Assembly: GCA_963801165.1 (NCBI GenBank)
Contig: CAWDDT010000006.1
Span: 256,001 to 320,000, forward strand
Origin: an uncultured bacterium
GTDB lineage: Bacteria; Actinomycetota; Acidimicrobiia; Spongiisociales; UBA5794
Direction of reading: 5' to 3'
Length of the DNA: 64,000 bases
Shown here piece by piece: positions 53,344-63,192 of the stretch; within the stretch, counting starts at the first letter, position 1; each line of letters starts with the position of its first letter. Below the pieces are notes generated by a model. It saw only the letters and a list, made by a program, of their open reading frames with translations. It was not told the origin of the DNA and ran no database searches. Made by a program: the position numbers and the translations under genes.

Positions 53344-54048
53344 TCAGGCGTCCTCCGCGTCCAACGCTCTTCGTTTCTCGATGAGCTTGGTCGCCGTGTC
53401 GGCGGCAACGGCCGCGTCCCTGCAGTACGCGTCGGCGCCGACCGCCTGGCCAAACTCCTCGTTGAGGGGAGCCCCGCCGACAAGTACGATGTAGTCGTCA
53501 CGGATGCCGGTTCTGACCATCTCGTCGATGACGACCTTCATATAGGGCATCGTGGTGGTCAGCAGCGCAGACATACCGAGGATGTCGGGCTTGTGGGTCT
53601 CGAGGGCCTCCAGGTACTCCTCCACCGAGGTGTTGATACCGAGGTCGATCACTTCGAGACCTGCGCCCTCGAACATCATCGTGACCAGGTTCTTGCCGAT
53701 GTCGTGGATGTCACCCTTGACGGTTCCGATGACCACCTTGCCGACCTGTGCCGCCCCGGTCTCGGCCAGGAGAGGTCGCAAGAGCGCCATCCCCGCCTTC
53801 ATGGCGTTGGCGGCAAGCAGCACCTCGGGGACAAAGAGGATCCCGTCGCGAAAGTCGATGCCGACGATGCGCATTCCCTCAACCAGGGCCTTTTCGAGAA
53901 CGGCTTCGGCGTCCCAGCCACGGTCGAGAAGGATGCGGGTGCCTTCCGCAATTTCATCGGCCAGGCCGTCGTACACGTCGTCGTGCATCTGGTCGACAAG
54001 CTCGTCATCGGCCAGTGTGGATAGGTCGAGTTCCTCTTCCTCAGACAT
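53344..54048 (-). CDS. Corrinoid (B12-binding) protein
   Basis: GTVKGDIHDIGKNLV (DxHxxG), SALLTTTM, VGGAP; cap domain LFVPEVLLAA. Confidence 0.94.
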   Translation of the reverse strand: MSEEEELDLSTLADDELVDQMHDDVYDGLADEIAEGTRILLDRGWDAEAVLEKALVEGMRIVGIDFRDGILFVPEVLLAANAMKAGMALLRPLLAETGAAQVGKVVIGTVKGDIHDIGKNLVTMMFEGAGLEVIDLGINTSVEEYLEALETHKPDILGMSALLTTTMPYMKVVIDEMVRTGIRDDYIVLVGGAPLNEEFGQAVGADAYCRDAAVAADTATKLIEKRRALDAEDA

Positions 54049-54262
54049 ATACACCTGGCTTCCCGCTGCGCCGAGCGGGATCGTGCTCGCTTGCGCGACC
54101 GGTCGGCCGCGTCGGATGGCCGGACACCTTAACGCGCTCGTTCCTCCGTTGCGACCATTTCCCGAGTCGTGAACTACTCGACTGGAGCCCAGCGTCAGGA
54201 CGACCACGTCCCCGTTCGGTGACGATTCCCGGCAGTCTTGCCCCCAGGACTACGAAAGGATC

Positions 54263-54541
54263 CTGCACGAGGATGCACTGAGCTCGCTCTCGTGTCTGCA
54301 TGCGGGCACAGTCGTCTATGTCGCCTGGATAGTCTCCCCCGCACCGGATAACCCCGGTGAACCGGTTGCGATCTCGCCCGGCGGAGGCCGGATGGGCACC
54401 CTGATGGACGGCGCACTCGACCATGCGATAGTGGACGCCGTTCGTGGCGGCCACCAAGGCAGGCGGCCGTCGACATTCCACTCGGGCCGGTTGCCCGCCA
54501 AACGCCACCGCCGAGCTCGGGGTCCTGTCGGCGGGCCGTGA
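54263..54541 (+). pseudogene. Possible truncated XdhC-like remnant
   Basis: Manual translation LHEDALSSLSCLHAGTVVYVAWIV..VAISPGGGRMGTLMDGALD after a GAAAGGA RBS; no canonical start; decays after ~60 codons. Confidence 0.4.
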
Positions 54542-54635
54542 GCCTCCCGGCACCACGAGGTGGTCGGAGCACGCCCACGGGCAGGCCACTTTTGCGCCAC
54601 CGGCCGGTCGGCGACGGAGGGCTAGCATCCCCGCC

Positions 54636-55451
54636 ATGGTGGACGGTGCCATCTTCATCCCCGACGGGAACAAATACGTGCCTACCGGGCTGGCCCGAGG
54701 CGGTTGGAGTGACGACGCTCAGCACGGTGGTCCACCGTGCGGGCTGCTGGCTCATGTCATCGAATCGGTGCCGACCGATCACCCGATGCAGACGGTGCGG
54801 ATCACCGTCGACCTCATCCGCCCGGTCCCGATGGCTCCGGTCACCGTTGCCACCAGCATCGTCCGGCATGGGCGGCGTATCCAGCTCGTTGCCGCCACCA
54901 TCGAGGCGGACGGGGTCGAGGTCGCTCTCGCCCGTGCGCTGCGGATCCGGATCGGCGAGGTGGCACTTCCCGAGCCACCCGGCACCACCTGGGTCGCCCC
55001 ACTCCTGCCTGAGGAACTCGCGGTTCTCGACATCCCCCACTGGCACGAGGAGGAGCATCCGCTGACTCGCTACTACGTCGACGCGATCGAGATCCGCTCG
55101 GTGGGCGACAGCTTTGTGCAAATGGGCCGGGGCGTCTCCTGGATTCGTCTCCGCTACCCCGTGGTTGCCGGCACCCCCAACTCGCCGCTGGTACGGGTCG
55201 CCGCCGTCGCCGATCTGGGCAACGGCAACTCCATGGCGCTCGATCCCGTGCACTACCTCTACGTCAACCCGGAACTCACTCTGCACCTCCACCGCCTCCC
55301 CACAGAGGATTGGGTGGGCATGGACTCACTCGCCCTCCAGCACCCCACGGGCATCGGTCTCGCCGACACTCTGCTGTTCGACACCACCGGCCCCTTCGGG
55401 CGTGTCACCCAGTCCCAGCTGATCGAGAAACACGACCGACCCGGCGCGTAA
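54636..55451 (+). CDS. Acyl-CoA thioesterase-like (TesB double hot-dog) protein
   Basis: GGWSDDAQHGGP, RITVDLIRPVP, ADLGNG, NPELTLHLHRLP. Confidence 0.88.
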   Translation: MVDGAIFIPDGNKYVPTGLARGGWSDDAQHGGPPCGLLAHVIESVPTDHPMQTVRITVDLIRPVPMAPVTVATSIVRHGRRIQLVAATIEADGVEVALARALRIRIGEVALPEPPGTTWVAPLLPEELAVLDIPHWHEEEHPLTRYYVDAIEIRSVGDSFVQMGRGVSWIRLRYPVVAGTPNSPLVRVAAVADLGNGNSMALDPVHYLYVNPELTLHLHRLPTEDWVGMDSLALQHPTGIGLADTLLFDTTGPFGRVTQSQLIEKHDRPGA

Positions 55452-55530
55452 GTGAGCTTCGCACGTGCCGGACCGAAGCCGGCCACCTGCCCCGAGGGCG
55501 GCAACAGGGATTACCAGTTTGCGAACCTCT

Positions 55531-56511
55531 CTAGTAGCCGACGGAATCGACAATATTGCCACTGGGATCGAGTACGAAGACGGTGTCTCCGGAATTGTTC
55601 CAGATACCCGACCCGATGTTGCACCAATACAAGGTCGAGTCGCTGTCGGTGCCGCAGCCGCTGTGAATACGAATAGTCTCTCCCGGTCCGAGCACGAATC
55701 CGTTCGGGAAGCTGTAGCGATGGGAGGCCGACTCATCCTTGACCCCCCACCCGGTGAGGTCTACGTCGTTTGTCCCGCTATTTATGATCTCGACCCATTC
55801 GTCATTGAGGTTGGTGCTGTCGTCGCCATCAGCGTCGTATCGGATCGTCCCAACTCTGATATTTCCGCTCGCAGCCGGTCCACATGCGTCGGAAGCCCAC
55901 ATACCGACTCCATCAGCTACTGCCTGAGCTTGGGCGTTCTCCAAGGCGCCTGCCATTGCAGTGTCGGGCTCGTACCTCCGAGCGACGGCGAGCCCTTCCC
56001 GCACCAGAACCTCGTTGACGAAGATGTCGCCCGCGTAGACGTAGCGCAGTAACCGGTCGTATTGGTCACGATCGCTGGTATCCGATTGCAGGGTCACGGT
56101 CCGGCCGGCGACGAGTTCGCTGAGCCGGGCCGAAGCTTCGGCTGCCAGGCATTCGCCAACCTCCGGTGTGTTGATGCCGATCAGGCGAAGTGGCTCCTCG
56201 ACGCCATCGACGATCACTCGAATGGTGTCCCCATCTGTGACAGAAACCACGGCCACTCTAGGGCCGCCAATAGGAATCGGCTCCGACGCGACCTCCGTGC
56301 TCGGCGCTGTCGTTGTCGTTGTCGACCCAGCCGTCTCTCCTGTCGTGCTGACAGAGGTGATCACCGTTGTTAGGTCGCCGGCGTTGTCGCTGACCAGCCG
56401 AACGCCCTCATCCTCGGCGGCAGTTGTACAAGCGGAGAGCATCAACAGTGCCAGGAACACGATCACGCCATATCTAATGGACTGCAGGATCAGCACCCCT
56501 CTCTCGGACAC
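55531..56511 (-). CDS. Thermonuclease (SNase) lipoprotein with lamin-tail domain
   Basis: Lipobox LSAC; DGDT, RLIGINTPE, DQYDRLLRY; EWVEIIN..DLTGW..WNNSGD. Confidence 0.9.
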   Translation of the reverse strand: MSERGVLILQSIRYGVIVFLALLMLSACTTAAEDEGVRLVSDNAGDLTTVITSVSTTGETAGSTTTTTAPSTEVASEPIPIGGPRVAVVSVTDGDTIRVIVDGVEEPLRLIGINTPEVGECLAAEASARLSELVAGRTVTLQSDTSDRDQYDRLLRYVYAGDIFVNEVLVREGLAVARRYEPDTAMAGALENAQAQAVADGVGMWASDACGPAASGNIRVGTIRYDADGDDSTNLNDEWVEIINSGTNDVDLTGWGVKDESASHRYSFPNGFVLGPGETIRIHSGCGTDSDSTLYWCNIGSGIWNNSGDTVFVLDPSGNIVDSVGY

Positions 56512-56943
56512 TGTTCATTCTCGCCCGGCAACCGACGACGCTGAAAATTGCTCGCCCGGGGGGTTCCGTCGACCTGGGTGAAATCGGCCTGTCGAATGGA
56601 CATTGGATAGGCGGTTCATTCCATCGGATGCCATCATCCGCGCACTCTCTGAGGTCCTGCCTGAGGGCGAAGGCCCGCTGGCGAGCCCCCCGGCCAAGAC
56701 GGACCAAGGGTTGGTGCATTCAACCACGTGAGAGGGTCGGTTCATCCGACGGTGCGGGCACAGAGACAAGGGTGCAACGAAGAGGTCGGGGAACCCACTC
56801 ACGCATCGTTGCTGGGGCAACCGTGCTTGTCCGCGTCATAGCCTCAGTGCAGGCGTCCCCGGTAGCTGCACTCGAGGTCCGTGATCGACGCCGCGCCGTA
56901 TGTCCGTAGGCCTGCGCACGTGTCGAGGCATCACCGCTGAGGG

Positions 56944-57324
56944 TCAAAGTGGGTCGAGGCGGGTCCTGAGCACACAGAACTCATTGCCTTCGGGGTCGGC
57001 CAGGACATGCCACCCCTCCTCCCCCGTCTGGCCGATATCGGCCGGGCGAGCGCCGAGTTCGAGAAGCCGCTCGAGCTCGGCGTCCTGATCGCGGTCGGTG
57101 GCGTTGACGTCGATGTGCAGTCGGGACTTCCCCTCCTCCGGCGGATCCCTGCGACTGAGGATGATCGTCGGCTGCAGACCACCGAACCCTACGTCCGGCC
57201 CGATCTCCAACGTCCCGTCGTCCTCTCGATCGAGCACGACGAAGTCAAGGACCTCACACCGGAACCGCGCCAGCACCTCAGGGTCGCGGCAACCCAGCAC
57301 GAGCTCACTGATACGACATGCCAT
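56944..57324 (-). CDS. VOC/glyoxalase family protein
   Basis: KSRLHIDV, WHVLADPEGNEFCV. Confidence 0.9.
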   Translation of the reverse strand: MACRISELVLGCRDPEVLARFRCEVLDFVVLDREDDGTLEIGPDVGFGGLQPTIILSRRDPPEEGKSRLHIDVNATDRDQDAELERLLELGARPADIGQTGEEGWHVLADPEGNEFCVLRTRLDPL

Positions 57325-57473
57325 TGAAAAAGCCCTCTCTCAACTTGGGAACTGCCGACGCCACCGGCGAACCTCCTAGCGCCCAGCAGCGTAAACAACC
57401 CGGCGATCGTACCGATCGCTTCTCGGAATCGGTCGGTCAAACGCGCACCGGCAGGACGCTTCGCACGTTCCGG

Positions 57474-58676
57474 TCATGTTTGTCCCGCTACAGCCGAAGC
57501 GTTCGCACTTATGAGCAGAGTGATGATGGCGATCAGGCCGAGTGCCACGGAGATGCTGGACATCGCCGCGACGGCACCGATGAGGGGCGGTCCGACGAGA
57601 AAGCCGGCATGACCGAATATGGCGGTGGCACCTATTCCCCCGGCCGGTGTCGAGCCCCTTGCGGCTGCGGCAGTGAAGACGACCGGGATGATGTTTGCGT
57701 ATCCCAGACCCATAAAGGCCAACCCGACGATCACCGATACCGGCTGCCCGACGACAAGCCCGGCTCCCAACCCGATCGCTGCGAGTACGGCGCCAAATCC
57801 GAGAAGTCGCTCCGCTCCCAACCGCAGACTGAATCGATCGCCGGCCAATCGACCCACCGCCATGGCCACTGAGAAGACACCAAAGCCGAGTGCGGCTACC
57901 GAGGTGCGGGCTCCCAGTTCGTCGTGAATCAACGTTCCGCTCCAGTCAAGCACGGCGCCCTCTCCGAGCATTGCCGCAAATGCAATCAGTCCGAGGACAC
58001 TGATTCCTCTTGCTGTTCGTCGGCGCACGTGCCGTGTGGTGTCGATCGCAGACGAAACCGAAGCGGGCAGGCTGGGTTGGACCGCCACCGTAACCAAGAC
58101 CGCCAGCATCACGGCCTGAACAGACGGCCGAATGCCGAGCTCGAGGAGGGCGGCTGCCAGGAGCGAACCGGCCAGGACCCCGACGCTGTACAGGGCGTGA
58201 AGCGATGACATGATCGGTCGACCAAGACGTACCTGGATGTCCGCCCCCACCGCGTTCATGGCGACGTTCATTGCACCGAGTGAGGCGCCGAAGACAATCA
58301 ACGCGACGACAAGCTGAGGCGCGTTGTGAGCAGCCAGAGGCAGAGGTAGCGCCGCCGCCATAGCTCTTGTTGCCCACTTTGTAGTCGTGTGGGCACCATG
58401 GCGCGCCGATATCGCGCCCGCGAACCGCATCCCTGCCGCTGCTCCTGCGGCAAGGACCAACAGCACCAGCCCCAGCGCTGCCTCACCCAGTGACAAGGTG
58501 TCCCTGACGTTCGGGATGTGGGCAACCCACGTCGCCAGCATGAGCCCGTGAGCAACGAATATCGCGGCGAGTCTGGTCCGTTGCCGTTCCAAATCACCCA
58601 CCACGACCTCCTGTGCGGGGTCGACCCATCCAACTGTCGGCGTGGCGTCGAGGGACGGGCACGGATACCCGTTCAC
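57474..58676 (-). CDS. MFS transporter
   Basis: About 12 TM helices; NVAMN, MSSLHA, EGAVLDWS, GRLAGD, GPPLIG; exact start uncertain. Confidence 0.9.
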   Translation of the reverse strand: MNGYPCPSLDATPTVGWVDPAQEVVVGDLERQRTRLAAIFVAHGLMLATWVAHIPNVRDTLSLGEAALGLVLLVLAAGAAAGMRFAGAISARHGAHTTTKWATRAMAAALPLPLAAHNAPQLVVALIVFGASLGAMNVAMNAVGADIQVRLGRPIMSSLHALYSVGVLAGSLLAAALLELGIRPSVQAVMLAVLVTVAVQPSLPASVSSAIDTTRHVRRRTARGISVLGLIAFAAMLGEGAVLDWSGTLIHDELGARTSVAALGFGVFSVAMAVGRLAGDRFSLRLGAERLLGFGAVLAAIGLGAGLVVGQPVSVIVGLAFMGLGYANIIPVVFTAAAARGSTPAGGIGATAIFGHAGFLVGPPLIGAVAAMSSISVALGLIAIITLLISANASAVAGQT

Positions 58677-58723
58677 CCACGCGACGACCCACGCCGTGTA
58701 TCAAAGAGTGAGCGCCTCTCAGG

Positions 58724-59938
58724 TCATGGCATTTCGTTGCGGCGAGCGAACCCCCCTAGGAACTCCGCGCTCGGCTTCGGAGTCCGCACTTGCGTGCGGT
58801 GGTCGACGTCTACGAGACCAAAGCGCATTGAGTAGCCACGGTTCCATTCGAAGTTGTCGAGCAGGCTCCAGTGGAAGTAGCCGCGCACGTCGATTCCGTC
58901 TTCGAGACAACCGCGAAGACTCTCCAGCGCACCACCGATGTACTCGATGCGTTCACGGTCGTCGTCGGTGGCGACCCCGTTCTCGGTAACGAGAACTGGG
59001 AGACCGGTCAGCTTCGCCGCCCTCCTTGCCGCCTCACCAACTGCGGCCGGGTAGAACTCGTAGCCCATCGGCGTCAGCCGGGTTCCGGGCGGGTAGGGGA
59101 AACCGCCCTCCCCATCCTCCATCTCTTTTGCGCCGTACGTGGGCTGAGCCCACATACGGGAATACGAGTGGACGCCGACGTAGTCGTCGCCATGTGTGGC
59201 TTCGTAGAACTCACCTTCCCATTCCCGGACGATCGGCACGCGCACCAGCTCCTCTTCCGAGCCGTCGAAGACCCACACCTGACACGCAATGCCGATACCG
59301 ACCTGAACATCGGGGATGTTGGCCCGGATAGCTGCTCTGCCGTCATGGTGAGCCGCAACCAGGGTCGGCGCCGCCTTCTCGGCAGCCTCCTCTCCGCTCA
59401 TTGTGCGGTGTGCGATCCATCCCGGCAGTGTCTGGCCGCGCCGGTAGCCGATGTTGGCGTCCAGGTCCGGCTGGTTGATGGTCATCGCATAGGTGATTTC
59501 GTCTGACAATTCTCTCGAAATGAGGTCGCAGTAGTTGGCGAAGCGCGCTGCAGATTCCGACCACAGCCACCCACCCTTGTGCGCCATCCAGCGGGGCAGC
59601 GTGTGGTGAAGAAAGGTAACGAGCGGCTCGATGTTTCGTTCCCGACACGCCTCCAGGACGCGTCGGTAATGCTCTACCTGAGCGTAGGAGATCTCGCCCT
59701 CCTCCGGCTCGATGCGCGACCATTCGATTCCGAAGCGATAGGCGTTCAACCCGAAACCGGCAAGCAGGTCGAGATCTTCCTCATAGCGGTTGTAGTGATC
59801 ACATGCGTCGCCGCTGGGTTCAGTGACCGGCGACCCGGGGGTGTGTTCCATCTCCCACCAGTCACTGGCGTAGTTGCCACCTTCGACCTGATAGGCCGCG
59901 GTTGAAGCGCCCCAGAGGAAGCTGTTGTTGAGTTTCAT
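58724..59938 (-). CDS. Glycoside hydrolase family 1 with Gln at the acid/base position
   Basis: FLWGASTAAYQVEG, YRFGIEWSRI, TINQP, VTENG, WSLLDNFEW. Confidence 0.93.
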   Translation of the reverse strand: MKLNNSFLWGASTAAYQVEGGNYASDWWEMEHTPGSPVTEPSGDACDHYNRYEEDLDLLAGFGLNAYRFGIEWSRIEPEEGEISYAQVEHYRRVLEACRERNIEPLVTFLHHTLPRWMAHKGGWLWSESAARFANYCDLISRELSDEITYAMTINQPDLDANIGYRRGQTLPGWIAHRTMSGEEAAEKAAPTLVAAHHDGRAAIRANIPDVQVGIGIACQVWVFDGSEEELVRVPIVREWEGEFYEATHGDDYVGVHSYSRMWAQPTYGAKEMEDGEGGFPYPPGTRLTPMGYEFYPAAVGEAARRAAKLTGLPVLVTENGVATDDDRERIEYIGGALESLRGCLEDGIDVRGYFHWSLLDNFEWNRGYSMRFGLVDVDHRTQVRTPKPSAEFLGGFARRNEMP

Positions 59939-59966
59939 GACTTTCCTTCGTCTCGTTGTACAAGCG

Positions 59967-60854
59967 TCAAGACTTGACCGCCCCGGTGAGCACTCCTCGA
60001 ATGAACGCCTTCTGCGCCACCAGGAAGACGATCAGTGGTGGGATCATCAGCAGCACTGCGCCTGCGGCCATCACCGTCACGTACTGCCCATAACCGCCAC
60101 TCAGGTTCGCGAGAATGGCCGTCAGGGGCTGCATCGTGGGGTCGGGAATGATGACGAGTGCCCGTAGGAGATCATTCCAGACCCAGAGGAAGTCGAAGGT
60201 CGCCAGTGACGCCAAAGCCGCTCCCGAGAGCGGAATCACAACCCGGAACAGCACATGTCGCGCCTTTGCTCCGTCGACACGCGCCGCTTCCACGAGCTCT
60301 CCCGGGATCTGGGCAAAGAAGTTGCCAAGGAGGAAGATGGCAAACGGCATCACTGCCGATACATGGCTTAGCCAGATCCCGGGAAAAGTGTTGATGAGGT
60401 GCAGGGTTTTGAGAATGTTCAGCGTCGGGACGAGCGTGATCTCAGGCGGTACTACGAGCAACCCCACCATGGCCGCATAGAGCCACCTGCGGCCCGGCAG
60501 GTCGGTCCAGATGAGTGCAAAGGCGGCGAACGACGAGACCACCACAACGAGAATCACCGTCGGGACGGTTATCAACAGGCTATTGACGAAGGCTCTGAGG
60601 AATCCCGATGCCCCCAGGGCCTCCTTGAAGTTCCCGAGCGTGAGGTTCGGGTTGCCAATCGTGGTCCACCATCCGGTGGATGTCGCATCGGTAAAGGGGC
60701 GGAATGAGCTGATGACGAGCCCGATCAGTGGCAGGACCCAGACGAGAATCGCCACCACCATGAAGACGCTGAAGACCGCCCGAGGGACCCGCGTCAGCAG
60801 CAGATTGGCACCGGCCGCCGTTTGACCTCGTGTCTGAGTGCCGGTGTCACGCAT
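59967..60854 (-). CDS. Carbohydrate ABC transporter permease
   Basis: EAA loop ELVEAARVDGA, FLWVWNDLL. Confidence 0.93.
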   Translation of the reverse strand: MRDTGTQTRGQTAAGANLLLTRVPRAVFSVFMVVAILVWVLPLIGLVISSFRPFTDATSTGWWTTIGNPNLTLGNFKEALGASGFLRAFVNSLLITVPTVILVVVVSSFAAFALIWTDLPGRRWLYAAMVGLLVVPPEITLVPTLNILKTLHLINTFPGIWLSHVSAVMPFAIFLLGNFFAQIPGELVEAARVDGAKARHVLFRVVIPLSGAALASLATFDFLWVWNDLLRALVIIPDPTMQPLTAILANLSGGYGQYVTVMAAGAVLLMIPPLIVFLVAQKAFIRGVLTGAVKS

Positions 60855-61761
60855 GGCCTTCGACCCCACCGGTTCTCCGAGCCAGCGAATAGCCAACGAT
60901 AATCAGCGCCGACATCGCAACCACGATCGCGGCGCCGTATTGCGGCTTGAGCGACACGAAACTCTGCTGAAAGAACAGCAATGCAAGTGTGCGACTTCTT
61001 CCCGCGGGCCCACCTCCGGTCATGACGAACACAACGTCGAAGACTTTCAGTACTTGGACAAGCTGGGTTGTGAGCAGAAACGACAGCGGGAGCCGGATCG
61101 AGGGCAGGGTGACGTGCCAGAAAAGCCGCCACCCGAAAGCACCGTCCACCTTGGCGGCTTCGACGATGTCGTCGGGTACGCCCTTGAGTGCGGCAGCGAT
61201 GATGACGACCGAGAGCCCCGTGGCACTCCATACCCATGTCGCCATGAGGGCATAGTTCACCGTCGACGGGCTGCCGAGCCACGACTGATCGGTCCCGAGT
61301 GCTGCGTTGAGCAGTCCGACATCTGGAGACGGCGCATAGACAAACAGCCAGATGACGCCGAGCACAGTTCCCGACAGGACCATCGGGAGGAAGAATGCGC
61401 CCCGGACGATGGTCTGGAGTCGAGATCGGTCGGCGGCCAGCGCCACGACCAACCCGATCAGGATGCACGCCGGCACAGCGAAGATCATCCACCCCAGGCT
61501 GTTGAACAACGCACCGGTTGGCGGGAAGTGGGAGAAGTCGGCGAACTTGGCGTCGCCGACCAGCCGCTGGTAGTGCTCCAGACCGACAAAGCCGCCGATC
61601 GTGAATCCCGGGCCTTCAGCCACGCTCATTCGCAGCGTATAGAGGATCGGAATCAGGAGAAACACGACGACGATCAAGAGCGCAGGGGCAACCATCAACG
61701 CCCCGGCGCCCGCGGACGTGCGGCGCTGTTTCGCAAAACGGGTTGCAATTCCCACACTCAC
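60847..61761 (-). CDS. Carbohydrate ABC transporter permease
   Basis: VEAAKVDGA, LKVFDVVFVMTGGGP. Confidence 0.93.
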   Translation of the reverse strand: MSVGIATRFAKQRRTSAGAGALMVAPALLIVVVFLLIPILYTLRMSVAEGPGFTIGGFVGLEHYQRLVGDAKFADFSHFPPTGALFNSLGWMIFAVPACILIGLVVALAADRSRLQTIVRGAFFLPMVLSGTVLGVIWLFVYAPSPDVGLLNAALGTDQSWLGSPSTVNYALMATWVWSATGLSVVIIAAALKGVPDDIVEAAKVDGAFGWRLFWHVTLPSIRLPLSFLLTTQLVQVLKVFDVVFVMTGGGPAGRSRTLALLFFQQSFVSLKPQYGAAIVVAMSALIIVGYSLARRTGGVEGHA

Positions 61762-61898
61762 GACGACACCACGCCGGCGGCTGCGAGGTCGCCTGGGGCG
61801 AGAACGACGCACGTCCCCGCCCCATGTAGGCCGCGATTGCAGCAGCCGACGAGGCTCTCGCTGCGCTTCGGTCTACGGCCTTGTACTCTCATCGTGCT

Positions 61899-63182
61899 CT
61901 ACCCGAGGCTGTCCTGAGCCACAGACTGGAAGTCCTCCAGCTGCGAGCTGATGGTGCTCGGATCGAGGATCACAGCACCGAGCAACTCGATCCACTGTGC
62001 CTTGAGATCGTTCGAGATCAGCTCAGTAGTGCCGTCGACCGTTGCCAGCAGCCCGGATGTCTTGCCGAGCAGGCCGGTTTCGGACGACGAATCCACATGC
62101 ACATTGGCGACGGAGTATCCGCTCTCGAGAAACAGCGTTTGGCCGTCTGTGCTGGCAAGGTACTGCGCCAACTCTCGGGCCGCCGGGCTATCGGTCAACA
62201 CGACGACGACATCGGAGTACACCATGGACGCGTTCTCACCGGCCGACTCTGTCGGGAACATGACATAGTCGATGGTCTCGCCCTCGACGAGATTCTCGTT
62301 CACGGCCCCGATTGCGAGACCCCCACCCCAGCTGCCGGCCTGTACGAACGTGGCATCGGCGTTCTCTCCGAAGACACGAGCGAAACCGTCAACCAATCCC
62401 GTCCCCAGAGCACCCTCGGGTCCTCCGGCGGCGTAGTCGGCGCCGTAGTAAGTGGTCATCTTCTCCAGCGCGGCCGAGACGCTCGGATCGGTGAAGGGAA
62501 CGTCGCCCGCCCAGAGTGCCGTGTTCTGTGCGGCCCCGTAGCTTGCGGTGTAGATGACCGCAAAGAGCATATCGAGTGTCCAACCGTCGGCTCCGATTCC
62601 CGCCACGCAGGCCTCGCCGGAGGCAGCCATTGAATCGCAATATGCTACGAAGTCGGCCCACGTTGCCGGAGGCTCGGTAACGACCGCTGGGTTGTACCAG
62701 AGCGCACTCCCGATATCGGCGCGAGTCGGGAACGCATACGGAGTCCCGTCGACGCTGAACGCGCCGAGCAGCCCGTCGGCGAAGTTGCTCGCGAGCTCAT
62801 CCTGCATGAAGTCGAGCGGCACGAGCGCTCCCTGGGCCGCGAAGTCGAGGAGCCCGTTGCCTGTCGGCAGAACCGCTAGATCCGGTGGAGACCCGGCGGC
62901 GATCCTGGTCGACAGTGGTGCCAACACATCATCGACACCTTCGTAGACGACTTCGACTCCCGATGTCTCGCGGAACCCATCGAGAACCAACTCGAAGGCA
63001 TCTGCTTCGGTCGCACGCCAGGGTCCGATGATCTGCAGGCTCGCCGATTCAGCCGCCGGTGCGACTGTGGACTCGGTGGGCTGCGTCGTCACAGTTGATC
63101 CGGCGGAGTCGTCGCCGCCCCCGCAAGCAGCCGCAATGAGCGCTAGCGCCACCAGCACAATGGCGAAGCGTGTCCGTTTCAT
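61899..63182 (-). CDS. Sugar ABC transporter substrate-binding lipoprotein
   Basis: Lipobox LIAAAC, GSPPDLA, LWYNP; start at ATG 63182 after an AAGGA RBS. Confidence 0.9.
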   Translation of the reverse strand: MKRTRFAIVLVALALIAAACGGGDDSAGSTVTTQPTESTVAPAAESASLQIIGPWRATEADAFELVLDGFRETSGVEVVYEGVDDVLAPLSTRIAAGSPPDLAVLPTGNGLLDFAAQGALVPLDFMQDELASNFADGLLGAFSVDGTPYAFPTRADIGSALWYNPAVVTEPPATWADFVAYCDSMAASGEACVAGIGADGWTLDMLFAVIYTASYGAAQNTALWAGDVPFTDPSVSAALEKMTTYYGADYAAGGPEGALGTGLVDGFARVFGENADATFVQAGSWGGGLAIGAVNENLVEGETIDYVMFPTESAGENASMVYSDVVVVLTDSPAARELAQYLASTDGQTLFLESGYSVANVHVDSSSETGLLGKTSGLLATVDGTTELISNDLKAQWIELLGAVILDPSTISSQLEDFQSVAQDSLG

Positions 63183-63192
63183 GTTCTTCCTT

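Noticed and set aside
54049-54262. Cobalamin or SAM riboswitch upstream of the corrinoid gene
   Set aside because: No convincing B12 box or SAM core recognised by eye; an Infernal search would be needed
56512-56943. Possible small gene or mobile-element scar between the nuclease and VOC genes
   Set aside because: Short ORFs have no motifs, and no terminal inverted repeats or transposase fragments were recognised
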